The position numbers were made by a program, and so were the translations under genes. A model generated the notes under the pieces. That model had not been told where the DNA came from. It worked only from the letters and a program-made list of their open reading frames with translations, and made no database searches. Shown here one piece after another: positions 23,908 to 25,345 of a stretch of DNA of 25,345 nucleotides; the first letter of the stretch is position 1, and each line of letters begins with the position of its first letter. This DNA comes from Candidatus Zixiibacteriota bacterium (GTDB taxonomy: Bacteria; Zixibacteria; MSB-5A5; WJJR01): contig JAVHPP010000178.1 in NCBI GenBank assembly GCA_036170655.1, forward strand, positions 1-25,345. Direction: 5' to 3'.

Positions 23908-24936
23908 ATGTCACTGAAGATAGCACGACTTGACAGCAGCAAACCGGCGCCGGAGCGCGCCGCGAGCATTACGTCACAGGATATTCTCAGTTTGATCGGG
24001 CACACGCCCCTGACGGCGTTGCGGCACATTGGCAAGGAGACCGGGCATAATATCTTTGCCAAGCTCGAGTTTCTCAACCCAACGGGGTCGATCAAGGACC
24101 GGATGGCGTTGTACATCGTCGAAGATGCCGAACGCGCCGGTTTGATCCATCCCGGTGATCTCTTGGTCGACAACTCGTCAGGGAATACGGCGATTTCGGT
24201 CGCCCTGATCGGGGCGTACAAGGGATACCGCACGCTGTTTTCGGTGCCGGACAAGACATCGAACGAGAAGATCGATCTGATACGAGCGCTGGGGGCGGAG
24301 GTGGTGATCTGCCCCACCGACGTGCCGCACGATCATCCACAGTCGTATTATCAGACAGCGCGACGTCTGGCGAAGGAGCGTCCGGGTTTTCTCATCAACC
24401 AATACCATAACCCGAAAAACATCGACTGCTATTTTGCGACCGCAGGTCCGGAAATCTGGGAGCAGACCGGCGGCAAAGTGGATGCCTTCGTGGCGGGGAT
24501 CGGGACCGGCGGAACGCTATCCGGAATCGCCCGGTATCTGAAATCGCGTAATCCGCAGATCCAAGTGGTGGCCGTCGATCCGGTCGGCTCCGTCTTCCAT
24601 GATCTGATCCGATGCAACCGACTCCAGAAGCCGGGACGGTACTATGTAGAAGGGATCGGCTCCGACGTCGCCTGCGATGCGCTGGATACCTCGGTCATCG
24701 ATGAAATCATCCAGACGAATGATGAGGAAGCGTTCCTCATGGCCAGACGGCTTGTCCGCGAGGAAGCGCTGATTGTCGGCGGATCATCCGGGGCCGCTGT
24801 CGCGGGGCTTCTCAAGTGGGTCAGCGGGAAAACGGAACCCATGAACATCGTCACGGTTCTGCCGGATACGGGCATGCGGTACTTGTCCAAGTTCCTGAGT
24901 GACGATTGGATGCGCAAGACGGGGTTCCTGCGGTAG
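23908..24936 (+). CDS. PLP-dependent cysteine synthase / cystathionine beta-synthase family protein
   Basis: AKLEFLNPTGSIKDR (PLP Lys), SSGNTA, GIGTGGT, VEGIG, GGSSG, and DTGMRYLSKF...WM (CBS-like tail, no regulatory CBS domain). Start is ATG 23908 (AAGGA SD) or 23902. Confidence 0.93.
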   Translation: MSLKIARLDSSKPAPERAASITSQDILSLIGHTPLTALRHIGKETGHNIFAKLEFLNPTGSIKDRMALYIVEDAERAGLIHPGDLLVDNSSGNTAISVALIGAYKGYRTLFSVPDKTSNEKIDLIRALGAEVVICPTDVPHDHPQSYYQTARRLAKERPGFLINQYHNPKNIDCYFATAGPEIWEQTGGKVDAFVAGIGTGGTLSGIARYLKSRNPQIQVVAVDPVGSVFHDLIRCNRLQKPGRYYVEGIGSDVACDALDTSVIDEIIQTNDEEAFLMARRLVREEALIVGGSSGAAVAGLLKWVSGKTEPMNIVTVLPDTGMRYLSKFLSDDWMRKTGFLR

Positions 24937-24948
24937 GATGCGTAAGAA

Positions 24949-25345
24949 ATGCAGGCCTTGCAGACCCACGCCGGTGGGATGGCAAATGTAGGGGCACGGC
25001 TTGCCATGCCCGATCTATGCACAGCCACGTTCGCCCCGGCGGGCACGGCAAACCGTGCCCCTACGCGGGTTGGAGAACGAACATTCAGTTGGCGCGACTT
25101 TGTTGTCGTGCTTTGTCTTCTGATCTCGACCAGAGCCGCTGCCGCCGAATGCCTCTCCCCCGTTGTCCGTTCGGCTGAACAGCAAGCAGATGGAACTGTA
25201 TCGCTGACGTGGGTTTATCCGTCGTCGTGGGCCGATACAATCCGTGCGCACTCCAGGCCGTACGCTCATGCGTTCACCGTGTCAAACACCTATACGGATA
25301 TTGCTGTCGCATGGAAACTTCCATCGTTCACTGCGCCGGGAATGA
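24949..25345 (+). CDS. probable secreted protein, N-terminal part (runs off right edge)
   Basis: Not in the ORF track. Frame open from ATG 24949 (also 24979, 25006) to the window end: ...ERTFSWRDFVVVLCLLISTRAAAA|ECLSP...GTVSLTWVYP..., a signal-peptide-like segment followed by beta-rich sequence. Confidence 0.6.
   Translation, partial: MQALQTHAGGMANVGARLAMPDLCTATFAPAGTANRAPTRVGERTFSWRDFVVVLCLLISTRAAAAECLSPVVRSAEQQADGTVSLTWVYPSSWADTIRAHSRPYAHAFTVSNTYTDIAVAWKLPSFTAPGM
24988..25064. repeat. inverted pair of GTAG-family REPs (REPIN/BIME-like)
   Basis: gtaggggcacggcttgccatgccc (24988-25011), a 29-nt spacer, then gggcacggcaaaccgtgcccctac (25041-25064). Confidence 0.85.

Noticed and set aside
23703..23933. 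76-aa ORF in the cysteine synthase leader
   Set aside because: It overlaps the structured leader and the gene start out of frame, with no protein-like features.

Overview
GC-rich bacterial chromosomal window, mostly core and regulatory genes. I see no CRISPR array, prophage or transposase. A C-terminal dockerin-like pair suggests a Zixibacteria/FCB-type lineage (inference only). Minus strand, left part: a partial FleS-like PAS histidine kinase, two tandem receiver-only response regulators, an RsbW-like kinase fused in frame to a STAS anti-anti-sigma factor, and a GAF-PP2C (RsbU-like) phosphatase, all behind a sigma28-type promoter. Next come a D-2-hydroxyacid dehydrogenase and a class III aminotransferase behind a sigma54-type promoter and an Arg-rich 33-aa leader ORF. 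Middle part: an endonuclease V homologue lacking catalytic residues and apparently starting at CTG; a 1205-aa membrane/GAF/coiled-coil/pseudo-receiver protein; a small membrane protein plus CPBP protease; a secreted M23 peptidase-dockerin; and a structured intergenic stretch. Right part, minus strand in reading order: purD, purE, TPR protein, CDF transporter, GlmU-like sugar nucleotidyltransferase, a GalT-glycogen synthase fusion and greA. The window ends with a cysteine synthase/CBS-family gene with a long structured leader and a partial secreted protein. Two REP-like repeat families occur. Best candidates for undescribed biology: the GalT::GlgA fusion beside the nucleotidyltransferase, the sigma28-linked partner-switching module with a fused kinase-STAS and internal start, the pseudo-EndoV, and two candidate cis-regulatory leaders.
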